Source of the DNA: Dehalococcoidia bacterium
GTDB taxonomy: Bacteria > Chloroflexota > Dehalococcoidia > Lucifugimonadales > CAZENU01
Length of the DNA: 64,000 bases
Direction: 5' to 3'
Assembly (NCBI GenBank): GCA_965117035.1
Contig: OZ220748.1
Coordinates: forward strand, 2,927,992 to 2,991,991
The notes under the pieces are model-generated. The model saw only the letters and a program-made list of their open reading frames with translations, was not told where the DNA came from and ran no database searches. Shown one piece after another: positions 30,101 through 38,332 of this stretch (positions are counted from its first letter, which is position 1; the number at the start of each line of letters is the position of its first letter). The position numbers and the translations under genes were made by a program.

Positions 30101-30217
30101 CGGGAAGAGCTCGACCCTGAGCGATCTGTAGGCGAACACTCCCGCGAAGAGGAGGATGACGATGGCCAGGACCGTGACCGACGGTCTGCCGACCGCCGCA
30201 GCCGTAATGAATCTCAT
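27131..30217 (-). CDS. RND-superfamily efflux transporter (AcrB/HAE-like), 1028 aa
   Basis: The protein reads MRFITAAAVGRPSVTVLAIVILLFAGVFAYRSLRVELFPEIEFPLVTV... It has two large loop domains and 12 TM segments, the typical RND length. Confidence 0.9.
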   Translation of the reverse strand: MRFITAAAVGRPSVTVLAIVILLFAGVFAYRSLRVELFPEIEFPLVTVSVRYPSAGPEAVLRDVTEPVERAITGIDGLESVESITNEGSSLVLATFVFGTDMAAAEGDVNAAVNSVVLPAGVEEPSVGRLNPSEIPVIQVSVVSDRDVSEIQQVVQSRVLPAISDVDGIMQVRTAGTVERRVAVTVDPDRLAENGLSLPQVSAALSDNNLSLPAGLIFDGGQAVIAKTTHAFGSVQEIEDLVVGASAAGPVRLGDVADVSFGAAAPTSISRTNGQRSVSVSVVKTPEANTIEVTTAVREAIDGIDGLPPDMGIVVVSDQGPEIQEQIDTLTQEAIFGFLFAVCVVFAFMLTIRPTVVRGLFSTLRPTIVIALSIPLSVFTGVLLMYWQDMTLNFMSLGGLAISVGRVVDDAIVVLENVYRHIQGGRERWRAALEATAEVGPAIFASTAATVVVFAPLAFIQGLVGAFFSPFALTVSFALIASLFVALTAVPVLGAYLLRPGDLPDEVEEDEVIMQETWMQRAYTPVLKWTLRHKIVTLVAAFSLTVASLGLTAVIPITLFPSGADRFLEMELSLPPGTPPDRTLAEVVEIEERLSEVSEVYSVVIGETSLQFAETFAGLNQARILANLSSDAPADISDTLRKELDKEGRTLRIREVAAGPPAGVIDITITGPNYDDIAAVASELSADISAIDGVVNVEDNVTQARDEVSIEVDPQRAARIGLTTRQVGFQVSQYLIGRKVTSVTIEGETVDVVLTADPLAVNGVDKVEGLVISGPGGTAPLADLADVVLREGPVTISRTDGERSATIVGDVVGEDTQAVSALVDEAAASVTRPPGVRVVSGGVSSDIQEGFQAIFISMAVGIALVYLVMVASLGSLRNPIVIVTTLPLALIGALVALAVTGRTLGLPAMMGMLLLIGIVVTNAVVLIAFVEQLREKGMPVHEALVTGARVRLRPILMTALTTSFALLPLAVATSGGGLISAELATVVIGGLMSSTGLTLIVIPIIYTLFNDSIPNLLRRRPAPEPTTG

Positions 30218-30271
30218 CTATGCTCCACCGTCTGCCGCGCCCGACGGTCGGGCGCCTCGTGTTCCAGAATA

Positions 30272-30293
30272 ACGCCCCGTCGGTACGGGGCGT
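30272..30293 (-). terminator. candidate intrinsic terminator after the CPA2-CBS gene
   Basis: A perfect 9-bp stem acgccccgt/acggggcgt with a 4-nt loop. On the minus strand it is followed by UAUUCUGG, a weak U tract. Confidence 0.35.
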
Positions 30294-30399
30294 GCAGAAA
30301 CGTCCACCTCAATTGTAGCCAGCGGCTCCCGGCCAATGCCAGTACCCCGTACACCGGCGGGTCCGCGTTACGGCAGGTCCGGGGGCCGTGCCCGCGGCA

Positions 30400-32040
30400 T
30401 CAGTGCCCCTTGGCGGCGAGTACGATCATCTCCAGGACTTCGTGGCTCGAGATGGAGCCGATGAGCTCGCCTGTCTCCCTGTCGGCGACGGGGAGTACGG
30501 TCAGGGAGTTCTCCGTCATTCGCTGGAGGGCGTCCTCCACGAGCTCGTCGGAGTAGGCCCAGGGCGAGCTCCGGCGGACCACCCTTTGCAGCGGCGTGTG
30601 CTCCCACTGGTCGCGGGGGAGGTAGCGCAGCATGCTCAGCGAGACGATACCGACCAGCTTGCCGTGATCCACGACCACGTAGTCGTGCTGCTCGGGCAGC
30701 AGCCACCTCTCGGCGAAGGCCTTGACCGTCAGCGACTGCTCCGGGTGAGTTCGGGAGCGGTCCAGGATGTCCTGTACCCTGATCCCCTCGAGGGCGAAGC
30801 GGTCCAGGGACGGCGGGGTGCGGCCGTCGGGGGTGACCGCCTCGGCGTGTCTGAGCCTTCTGAGCGCGTAGCTGATGCCCATGGGGGTGAGCAGGATGTA
30901 TCCGAACATGACCAGGACGAGCAGGGAGAACACCCCCTTGTCGATGGCGCCGGCCTGGAGCAGCACGAGCAGGATGGCGATCTCCGCGACGCCCTTCGCC
31001 ATGAGGCCCGCGGCCGTGGCGAGCGGCGCGTCGAGGCGGGTGACGAATGCGCTGATGAACGCTCCGGCGAATTTGCCGGCGAGGGGTACGAGGACCAGCG
31101 CGGCCATGGTCGCCGGCGGCAGATCCAGGAACTCGAAGCTCAGGTGCAGGCCTGCCGACGCGAAGAACAGCGGGACGAAGAATCCCTCCGCGGCGCCCCT
31201 CATGCCCGGCATGATGTCGCGCCGCACCTGGTAGGGCAGTATCGAAAGAGCGGCGCCGAACAGCAGCGCGCCGAGCGAGCCGTGGAGCCCAACCTCTTCC
31301 GCTCCCACGACCACGAGGAAGAGCCCGCCCAGCAGGACCCCGAACGATAGCTGCGGCACCTGGAGGAAGTGGTGCAGGAGGACGATGATCCTGGGGAGTA
31401 TCTTCGTGGAGAAGAACCACGTCACCACGGTGAAGCCCACTATCTGCCCGACCAGGACCCCCAGGCTGAGCGGGTCCAACGGGTGGTCGTGTCCTCCCGC
31501 GTAGAAGTGCTCGCTTATCGCGAACCCCACGACGAACAGGGCTATCAGCTCGGCGATGACCACGGCGGTGAAGATCTGCACGCCCACGGGCTCCCTGAGG
31601 CGCCCCTCGTCGATCAGCACCCTGGCGACAACCCCGAGGCTGGACAGGGACAACACCCCCGCCAGACCGAGGGCCTGGGTGAAGTCGAGCCCCAACTGCA
31701 GGTCGAACAGGAAGTCGGTGGTGACCGACAGGGACACGAGCATCGAAATGGCCACCGACAGTGTCGCGGCAAGAAAGAGCCGACCGCGAATGGCCGTCAG
31801 AAAGCCCGGGATGTCCAGCTCGTCCAGGCCGATGAGGAAGAAGAAGACGAAGATGCCGATGCCGAGGATGATCTCGATCTCGGCGTCGGCCTCGACCAGC
31901 CCGGTCAGCGGGCCAAGGATGACGCCGGTGGTGGCGTAGGCGATTATCGAGTTGAGCCCGAAACGCTGGAATACGCCTTCCAGCAGTTTCGCGCAGACGA
32001 TGAGCAGGCCGACCCTGAAGAGGGCTTCGTGGATTTCCAA
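30400..32040 (-). CDS. CPA2-family monovalent cation:proton antiporter fused to a C-terminal CBS pair
   Basis: The N-terminus is MEIHEALFRVGLLIVCAKLLEGVFQRFGLNSIIAYATTGVILGP, followed by about 11 further helices. The C-terminal ~150 aa have a CBS-like pattern (VQDIL...VVVDHGKLVGIVS; LTVLPVADRETGELIGSISSHEVL). Confidence 0.8.
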   Translation of the reverse strand: MEIHEALFRVGLLIVCAKLLEGVFQRFGLNSIIAYATTGVILGPLTGLVEADAEIEIILGIGIFVFFFLIGLDELDIPGFLTAIRGRLFLAATLSVAISMLVSLSVTTDFLFDLQLGLDFTQALGLAGVLSLSSLGVVARVLIDEGRLREPVGVQIFTAVVIAELIALFVVGFAISEHFYAGGHDHPLDPLSLGVLVGQIVGFTVVTWFFSTKILPRIIVLLHHFLQVPQLSFGVLLGGLFLVVVGAEEVGLHGSLGALLFGAALSILPYQVRRDIMPGMRGAAEGFFVPLFFASAGLHLSFEFLDLPPATMAALVLVPLAGKFAGAFISAFVTRLDAPLATAAGLMAKGVAEIAILLVLLQAGAIDKGVFSLLVLVMFGYILLTPMGISYALRRLRHAEAVTPDGRTPPSLDRFALEGIRVQDILDRSRTHPEQSLTVKAFAERWLLPEQHDYVVVDHGKLVGIVSLSMLRYLPRDQWEHTPLQRVVRRSSPWAYSDELVEDALQRMTENSLTVLPVADRETGELIGSISSHEVLEMIVLAAKGH

Positions 32041-32206
32041 TCCGAGGTGTCCTCCTGACGGCCCACACCGCGAGGCGACGATGGCCGCACGCGAAGCGAT
32101 GGGTGAGCCTGGCGGCAGGGGGTAGAGGCTGTTCCGGTTACCCGGGTCTTGTCACAGGTAGGGCTACGGCCCATGACGGAGGCCACGGGCCGAAAAATTC
32201 CGGCCA

Positions 32207-32236
32207 ATTATGGCGAGGCGGGCAGTGGAGTGTCAA
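32207..32236 (-). promoter_or_regulatory. strong sigma-70-type promoter upstream of the antiporter, giving a ~160-nt leader
   Basis: On the minus strand the sequence is TTGACA (32236-32231), an 18-nt spacer, then CATAAT (32212-32207). The start codon is at 32040. Confidence 0.5.
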
Positions 32237-32342
32237 CAAGACGGGGCGCATCGGCCGCCGGGAGGCCGAAACGGCTGCCCTTCGCCTGGACCGAGTCGGC
32301 TGAGCGCATCATGCGCCCCCGTGAGCCCGCGCCGGGGAACGG

Positions 32343-34523
32343 TTACTCCAGGAGCCCCATGCTCGCCAGTATAAAGGTGTACTCCTCCGCCACTTCGTGC
32401 AGACGGTCGTATCTCCCCGAGCTGCCGCCGTGGCCCGCTCCCATGTTGGTCTTCAGGAGGAGCACGTTGTCGTCGGTCTTCAGCGCACGCATCTTTGCCA
32501 CGTACTTCGCCGGTTCCCAGTAGGTCACCCTGGGGTCGTTCAGGCCCGCGGTAACGAGCATCGGAGGATGTTCGCGCGGCTTCAGTTGATCGTACGGGGA
32601 ATAGGAGCGGATGAGCTCGAACGCGTCCCTGTCCACCGAGGGGTTGCCCCACTCCGGCCATTCGATCGGCGTAAGGGGCAGAGAGTCGTCCAGCATCGTG
32701 TTCAGCACGTCCATGAAAGGGACGTGAGCGGCGACGGCTCCCCAAAGCTCGGGCGCCTGGTTCACCGCGACGCCCATGAGCTGGCCGCCGGCACTGCCAC
32801 CGGAGATCGCGATACGTCCTGCAGTCCCATATCCTCGCTCCACCAGTCGACGTGCGACGTCCACGAAGTCGTTGAACGTGTTGGTGCGCCAGTCGAGCTT
32901 GCCTGCCTCGTACCAGTTGTATCCGAGCTCGTCACCGCCGCGAACGTGCGCGATCGCGAATATGAAGCCGCGGTCCAGGAGCGACAGCCTGGAGGCCGAA
33001 AACGCAGGGGGGACGGCATGGCCATACGCGCCATAACCGTACAGGTATAGCGGGGCGGCGCCATCGACCGGGGTGTCCCTGCGGCGGACGATCGACACCG
33101 GGACCTGCGCCCCGTCGCGGGCCGCCACCCGGATCCGTTCCCCAACGTAGTCCGAGGCATCGTATCCGGCGGGGACCTGCTGCACCTGTCGCACCTCGAG
33201 CTCATCCGCGCCGACGTGATAGTCGAACACGGAGGGCGGAGTCACCATCGACGTGTACTCGAGGCGCAGCGTGTTGGTCTGGAACTCCTCGTTAGTGCCC
33301 ATGCGGGCGCTGTACACAGGCTCGGGGAACGGGACGTACGTTGCCCTGCCCGCGCGATCGATCAGGCGCACGTGGTCGAGGCCGTCGACGCGCTCCTCCA
33401 CGGCGATGAAGCTCTCGAATGCCCTGAACGCGCGAATGTAGTGAGAGTCTGAGGCCTCCACCAGGGGCATCCAGGACGTCTCGGCAGGATCGTCCGCCGG
33501 GGCAATCGCCAGGCGGGTGTTCTTGTGGGTGTCGTTGGTACGGATGACGAATCCGTCGCCCTGGTGGTCCACCGAGTACTCGTGCCCGACCCGACGAGGC
33601 GAGACCAGTAGCGGATCGGAGTCCGGGGCGTCGGCGGGAACAAGCCTCATCTCCGAAGTCACGAGGTCGCCCGTGCCGACGACTATGTACCTCCGGGATG
33701 TCGTGGACGACACCCCGACGAAGAAACCGGGATCGCTCTCCTCGTAGACCACGGAGTCCCGGTGTCCAGGTTCTCCGAGCACGTGCCGGCGCACCTGCCA
33801 CGGACGCCAGTTGGCGTTCACCACTGCATAGAAGAAGGAGGCGCCGTCGTTCGCCCACACGGCGCTCTCGATGGTCTCCTCGATTTCGTCGCCCAGCATC
33901 TCTCCGGTGTCCAGGTTCTTGACCACCATCCTGTACCGCTCGGAGCCGTCCACGTCGGTGCTGTAGGCGAGCAGGGAGCCGTCGCCGCTGACCGACATCG
34001 AGCCGAGACGGAAGAACTCCGTCCCTCGAGCCAGCGCCGTTTCGTCCAGGACCGTCTGCGATCCGGCTGTCGGCCCCTCCCGGGCGTTGGGGAGGTCGAC
34101 TGGCCAGCGCAGCCACGTGCGGTACTGGCTTCCGTGCTCGTAGGCCCACTGGTAGTACCAGTCACCACGCTTCCAGGGAACGCTGGTCAGGTCCGGCTGT
34201 TCACGTGCCTTGATCTCCTCGAAGATCGAGTCGGTCAACTCTCGATGTGACGACATTCTCTCGTGGAAGTACTCGTTCTCGGCCGCGAGGTAGGCGAGCA
34301 CGTCGGCATCGGTGACGATCGGGTAGTCGTCGTCGCGCAGCCAGTGCCAGGGGTCGTCGATCGTGATGCCGTGACGCGTGAACGTGTGCGGCCGTCGGTC
34401 GGCCACGGGTGGAGTTGGTCCGGCTCGCCACGCGATCGGCCGACCGCGCCGGGCACTCGCCTTGCGATCGGCTCGTTTCTCACGCATGTCGGGCTGGTGT
34501 TGCGGGGAGTAGAGGCATTCCAT
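32343..34523 (-). CDS. ptrB: S9A serine peptidase, oligopeptidase B-like
   Basis: The N-terminus is PPVADRRPHTFTRHGITIDDPWHWLRDDDYP...YLAAENEYF. The catalytic serine context is ISGGSAGGQLMG. The C-terminus has GLNDPRV and GAGHGG. The start is 34523 or 34487. Confidence 0.8.
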   Translation of the reverse strand: MECLYSPQHQPDMREKRADRKASARRGRPIAWRAGPTPPVADRRPHTFTRHGITIDDPWHWLRDDDYPIVTDADVLAYLAAENEYFHERMSSHRELTDSIFEEIKAREQPDLTSVPWKRGDWYYQWAYEHGSQYRTWLRWPVDLPNAREGPTAGSQTVLDETALARGTEFFRLGSMSVSGDGSLLAYSTDVDGSERYRMVVKNLDTGEMLGDEIEETIESAVWANDGASFFYAVVNANWRPWQVRRHVLGEPGHRDSVVYEESDPGFFVGVSSTTSRRYIVVGTGDLVTSEMRLVPADAPDSDPLLVSPRRVGHEYSVDHQGDGFVIRTNDTHKNTRLAIAPADDPAETSWMPLVEASDSHYIRAFRAFESFIAVEERVDGLDHVRLIDRAGRATYVPFPEPVYSARMGTNEEFQTNTLRLEYTSMVTPPSVFDYHVGADELEVRQVQQVPAGYDASDYVGERIRVAARDGAQVPVSIVRRRDTPVDGAAPLYLYGYGAYGHAVPPAFSASRLSLLDRGFIFAIAHVRGGDELGYNWYEAGKLDWRTNTFNDFVDVARRLVERGYGTAGRIAISGGSAGGQLMGVAVNQAPELWGAVAAHVPFMDVLNTMLDDSLPLTPIEWPEWGNPSVDRDAFELIRSYSPYDQLKPREHPPMLVTAGLNDPRVTYWEPAKYVAKMRALKTDDNVLLLKTNMGAGHGGSSGRYDRLHEVAEEYTFILASMGLLE

Positions 34524-34776
34524 GCAGTCGGGAAGTTGGCTGCCCGGCCAGGATTCCGACTGCTATGCGAGATGCTGGATTATTCCGCGACAGTACCACC
34601 TAAAGTACCACTGCCTGGCGCGTTCAGGCCGTCGTGCCATAGCCCGCGCAAATGGAGCCGGCCCTCAATCGGTGACCACTGATCTACAGGACGCGGACAC
34701 CGCAGCGACTGACGTTTCGCTGAACAGCTCGCCTGACATAGTCGCTGGACGTTGACAGGAGACCGCATCTCCCAGT

Positions 34777-35979
34777 CTAACGCACCGTAACGGCTTCCGA
34801 GAATGGAGAGCAACCAGCCTTGTTGCATGCCCTGACCTGGTACTTGGTAGTAGAGAAAGCCCCGAACGATGAGTTGGGGGAATAGTCCCTATAGCTGGTC
34901 TGTGGGGCGCTTACCTCGGCATCGAGACGGGTTCCCTGATAGACCTCGTAGTAGGTTGCTCTGTCGACGGCCGTCCACGCTACGCCGGCGTCGTCGGTAC
35001 CGGCCGAGACATCGAATTTGAGCCCTTCCACGCCCGTAGGCGTGGCCGGCGGGTCGACGTGACCTGAGGACTCGGTTACTCCGGCAGTCTCGGGGGACAA
35101 TCCGGAACAGCCAACTGCATTGCAGGCCCGAATCGTGTAGTGGTAGGTAGAGTCCTCGTTCAACCCCTGGTCTTCGAGGCGTCCGTCCGTGTCATGCACG
35201 TCGGCTTCCACCCACTCCCCGGACTCGGTAGTATTTCGCCGGCGCACCTGAAGGTGTGTCTCGATAATTCCCCTTCCCCATAGCGCCGCCGCAATCGTGA
35301 GACTGCTGTCGGACCGGTCAACGACCCTGATTGCCGTCGGAGCATTCGGCGGAAAGTCTACCACTGCGCCCGCGTCCAAGAGCATTTGCGCAATATCAAA
35401 GCGGCCCCCGTCGACCGCCGCGTAAAGGGGCGTATTGTCCTCACGGTCCCTTGCGGCCACGTCCGCCCCTGCGTCCAGGAGAATCCGCACAATCCGAGGA
35501 TCGCCCATGTTGATGGCAGCGTGAAGGAGCGGACGGTCATTGCGGTCTCTTGCGTTCACGTCCGCCCCTGCGTCGAGGAGAATTCGCACAATCCGAGGAT
35601 GGCTTTCGTAGATCGCAACGTGGAGGGGCGTGTCACCCCCGCCTCCCTCTCTTGCGTTCACGTCCGCCCCCGCATCCACGAAAATCTGCACAATCTCAGA
35701 ATTGCCTTCGTCAATCGCAGCGTGAAGGAGTGGTCGGTCGTAGCGGTCTCTTGCGTTGACGTCCGCCCCCGCATCCATGGCTCGCGTGACAGCCAGTGGG
35801 TCACGCGAGTCTATGGCGCTGAGCAGTTCGGATACGGCCGCTGGCTCTTCCGTGGTCTGGTCACGCGAGTCCACGCGGTCCAATATCTCGGAGTCGGTCC
35901 CTGGCTCTGAACATCCGGCCAGGACCATTGCACCCAGTATTGGGACAGCAACCAGCCAACTCGTGACGGCTTTCGTCAT
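34777..35979 (-). CDS. lipoprotein with 4-5 ankyrin repeats and two FN3-like domains
   Basis: ATG 35979 is preceded by AAGGAG 6 nt upstream. The signal peptide with lipobox is MTKAVTSWLVAVPILGAMVLAGC. The ANK units read PLLHAAI....IVRILLDAGADVNARD. The C-terminal domains end in Y.[IV]RACN..GCS. Confidence 0.8.
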   Translation of the reverse strand: MTKAVTSWLVAVPILGAMVLAGCSEPGTDSEILDRVDSRDQTTEEPAAVSELLSAIDSRDPLAVTRAMDAGADVNARDRYDRPLLHAAIDEGNSEIVQIFVDAGADVNAREGGGGDTPLHVAIYESHPRIVRILLDAGADVNARDRNDRPLLHAAINMGDPRIVRILLDAGADVAARDREDNTPLYAAVDGGRFDIAQMLLDAGAVVDFPPNAPTAIRVVDRSDSSLTIAAALWGRGIIETHLQVRRRNTTESGEWVEADVHDTDGRLEDQGLNEDSTYHYTIRACNAVGCSGLSPETAGVTESSGHVDPPATPTGVEGLKFDVSAGTDDAGVAWTAVDRATYYEVYQGTRLDAEVSAPQTSYRDYSPNSSFGAFSTTKYQVRACNKAGCSPFSEAVTVR

Positions 35980-36029
35980 TGTAGTCTCCTTTGGCCAAGA
36001 GGCCCCTGCGTGGCTCAGGCACTGCACTG

Positions 36030-36701
36030 TCATTTGCCAAGCTCCATGTTGTCGAGCAACCCGCTTCGCACGGCCCAGACCACCAACTCCTGCTTGGTCT
36101 CTATCCCCAGCTTGTCCTGGATCCCGTAGATGGCGTTTCGGATGGTCAGCGACTGATTGCCCCTGACCCTGGCGATCTGCGCGTAGGACTGCCCCTGGGC
36201 GAACAGCGTGAGTATGTCTCGCTCCCGATCGGTCAGTCTGTCCGAGGCACCCGTCTCCTGGCGCTTCGCTGTACGGATTCCTGAGATCATCCGCCTTATG
36301 GCGTCCGGTGGGATGCGGTATTCGCCCCTGGCGACATCTCTGGCGGCGCGCAGCAGGTCTCTCTTGCCCGAGTACTTTTGAAGGTAGCCCACGGCGCCGG
36401 CTGTGAGAGCCTCCACCACGGCGTCCTCTTCCGATGCGGCGGTGAGGATCAGCACGCGGGCGTCCGGGAGTGTCTCCGTGATTTCCCGGCAGGCGTCGAT
36501 GCCGTTCTTGAGCGGCATCATGACGTCCATTATGACCACGTCCGGCTCGACGCTCCGCGCAACCCTTACGGCGGTCTCGCCATCGCCGGCCTCGCCGACG
36601 ACCTCGAAGGCGCCGGAACGCTCCAGCACCTCGCGCAGGCCATCCCTCATGATTTCATGGTCGTCGACGAGCAGCACTCTTGTCCGTGCAGTTGGCGGCA
36701 C
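36030..36701 (-). CDS. NarL/FixJ-family response regulator (REC + LuxR HTH)
   Basis: The protein reads RVLLVDDHEIMRDGL...DVVIMDVMMPLKNG..., with a C-terminal HTH LTDRERDILTLFAQGQSYAQIARVRGNQSLTIRNAIYGIQDKLG. Confidence 0.9.
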   Translation of the reverse strand: MPPTARTRVLLVDDHEIMRDGLREVLERSGAFEVVGEAGDGETAVRVARSVEPDVVIMDVMMPLKNGIDACREITETLPDARVLILTAASEEDAVVEALTAGAVGYLQKYSGKRDLLRAARDVARGEYRIPPDAIRRMISGIRTAKRQETGASDRLTDRERDILTLFAQGQSYAQIARVRGNQSLTIRNAIYGIQDKLGIETKQELVVWAVRSGLLDNMELGK

Positions 36702-36702
36702 G

Positions 36703-37926
36703 CTAGATTCCTTTCTGGTCCTCGTCCTGCGGAATGACGCAGGTTACGGTTGTGCCGCGGCCACCCTCTCCGGGGCCCAGCTCGAGCCTGCCGCCCATGC
36801 GTTCCGCGTCAGCCCTCATGTTCCTGAATCCGTGGCCGCGTTCGGTGTAGTCGTCAGGGAGACCGTCCCCGTCGTCCGATATGGACATCCAGAGGCTGCC
36901 GGCCTCGAAACGCAGTGAGATGTCGACCCTGGACGCATTCGAGTGACGAAGCGCGTTCGTCATGGCGTTGTGGGCTATCGAGAACAACAGCTGTCCGGTG
37001 GTGGATGAGAGCGGCGGCTCGAAGCCCGACTTGACGACTTCGGTCGGGATGGACGTGATTGTCGTGAAAGCCGAGGCGTGGGACCTGAGAACGCGGCTCA
37101 GCTCGCGTCCGTCGAGTACCGAGCCTATGTCGACGGGATGCCTCAGCTCCCACATCGCCGACTTCGACAGCGCATGGGTCGCCCTCAGCTTGGCCAGCAG
37201 CTCGTCGCGGCTCCCGTCCTTCCGGGCGTCGGCAAGCTCGATCGCCGTCTCAAGGCCCAGGCCGATAACGTAGGCGGACTGGGCTATCGTGTCATGGATG
37301 GTCTGGGAGAGCTCTATGCGCTCTCGCTGGAGCCTGCGTTCACGCTCCACCGCCTCCCGCCGTCTGGTGCGTTCGAACCTCGAGACCAGGTTGACTGCCA
37401 CGACAACGGCGTACATGACGACGACCCTCATGAACAGGACCTTTTCTTCTCCTATCTCGAAGTCGACGCCGGGCTCCACCGTCAGGCTCAGGGTCGTGTA
37501 AACGGCAGCCACCAATGTGACCCCCGCCAGGCTCAGCCACGGAGAGGTGAACACCACGGCGAACATCGCCAGCGAGGCGTAGTACAGGACGAAGAAGGTG
37601 TTCGCGAACCCCCCGGAAATCCAGAACCCCGCCGTAAGCATGACCGCGTCCATGACGCTGAGGGCGAGAGCCCAGTGCCACGTGACCGAACGTCCTGTCT
37701 CGATTCGGTAGTGGGCGTAGCCATTGAGCGAGAGCAGCAACAGGGCAAAGAGCGTGTGGGCCACAAAGGAGGGATGGTCGAAGCTGACCCGATAGTTGTG
37801 CTGGACCAGCCATGCGGCTACCAGCAGCCATCGCACCCACACCGAAATCCTCAGGCTATAGCGCAGATCGTCGGGATCGGTCCGATCAGGCGCTTGGCCC
37901 AACTCTCTGACAAGGCGTCGCATCAT
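36703..37926 (-). CDS. HisKA_3-type sensor histidine kinase with an N-terminal polytopic membrane domain
   Basis: The H-box is LSQTIHDTIAQSAY and the ATPase blocks are HNAMTNALRHSNA, DDGDGLP and GHGFRNMR. The start is uncertain (37926 MMRRLV... or upstream to 38097). The stop is 1 nt from the response-regulator start. Confidence 0.8.
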   Translation of the reverse strand: MMRRLVRELGQAPDRTDPDDLRYSLRISVWVRWLLVAAWLVQHNYRVSFDHPSFVAHTLFALLLLSLNGYAHYRIETGRSVTWHWALALSVMDAVMLTAGFWISGGFANTFFVLYYASLAMFAVVFTSPWLSLAGVTLVAAVYTTLSLTVEPGVDFEIGEEKVLFMRVVVMYAVVVAVNLVSRFERTRRREAVERERRLQRERIELSQTIHDTIAQSAYVIGLGLETAIELADARKDGSRDELLAKLRATHALSKSAMWELRHPVDIGSVLDGRELSRVLRSHASAFTTITSIPTEVVKSGFEPPLSSTTGQLLFSIAHNAMTNALRHSNASRVDISLRFEAGSLWMSISDDGDGLPDDYTERGHGFRNMRADAERMGGRLELGPGEGGRGTTVTCVIPQDEDQKGI

Positions 37927-38332
37927 TTTGAATTCAAGCCTATACCCAGGTACTCTACGCCGCTCCGGCCATCTGACAAGGTTCGTTTGTACCGCGGCAT
38001 GAGGGGTACATATGCACCGCGACAAGTCGGTACAACCGAACCTTACGACCTCGCCAGAGGAACGGCAACATGGGCGCCATGGAGTCACAATTGGCATGAC
38101 CGCTGACCGCTGTCGCCTGGCATTTCCTGTCCCGCCAGGCCGGAGCCAGGGCTCGCGAGTCGATCGCAGCTATGTTGGCGCGGGCAGCCCTGCCGGGGCC
38201 GGGCACATACCTTGACCGAATGCGCGCCGAGATGCAACATACACCACGCGAGCCGCAATCCGTCGCCAGCCTGCCTGTCGGCTGGAGTGTGCGACGGTTC
38301 GAGCGGGAAACTCGAGAAGGCAGGCTGAGCTC

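Noticed and set aside
27009-30556. 727-aa (27009..29192, minus) and 645-aa (28619..30556, plus) ORFs
   Set aside because: They are an alternate frame and an antisense frame of the 1028-aa RND transporter, whose own frame has the expected 12-TM, two-loop architecture. The alternatives are Arg/Gly/Asp-rich.
30368-32068. 566-aa minus-strand ORF overlapping the antiporter
   Set aside because: It is out of frame with the CPA2-CBS gene (30400..32040), which has clear membrane helices and CBS motifs. The alternative frame is Arg/Pro/Gly-rich.
32041-32206. c-di-AMP (ydaO-type) riboswitch in the antiporter leader
   Set aside because: Only vague resemblance (ACCCGGGTAACC...ACAGCC) to the conserved ydaO blocks. 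The pseudo-symmetric GGGGACCCA and CCCGAACCCG elements are not present. It is kept only as a generic structured-leader candidate.
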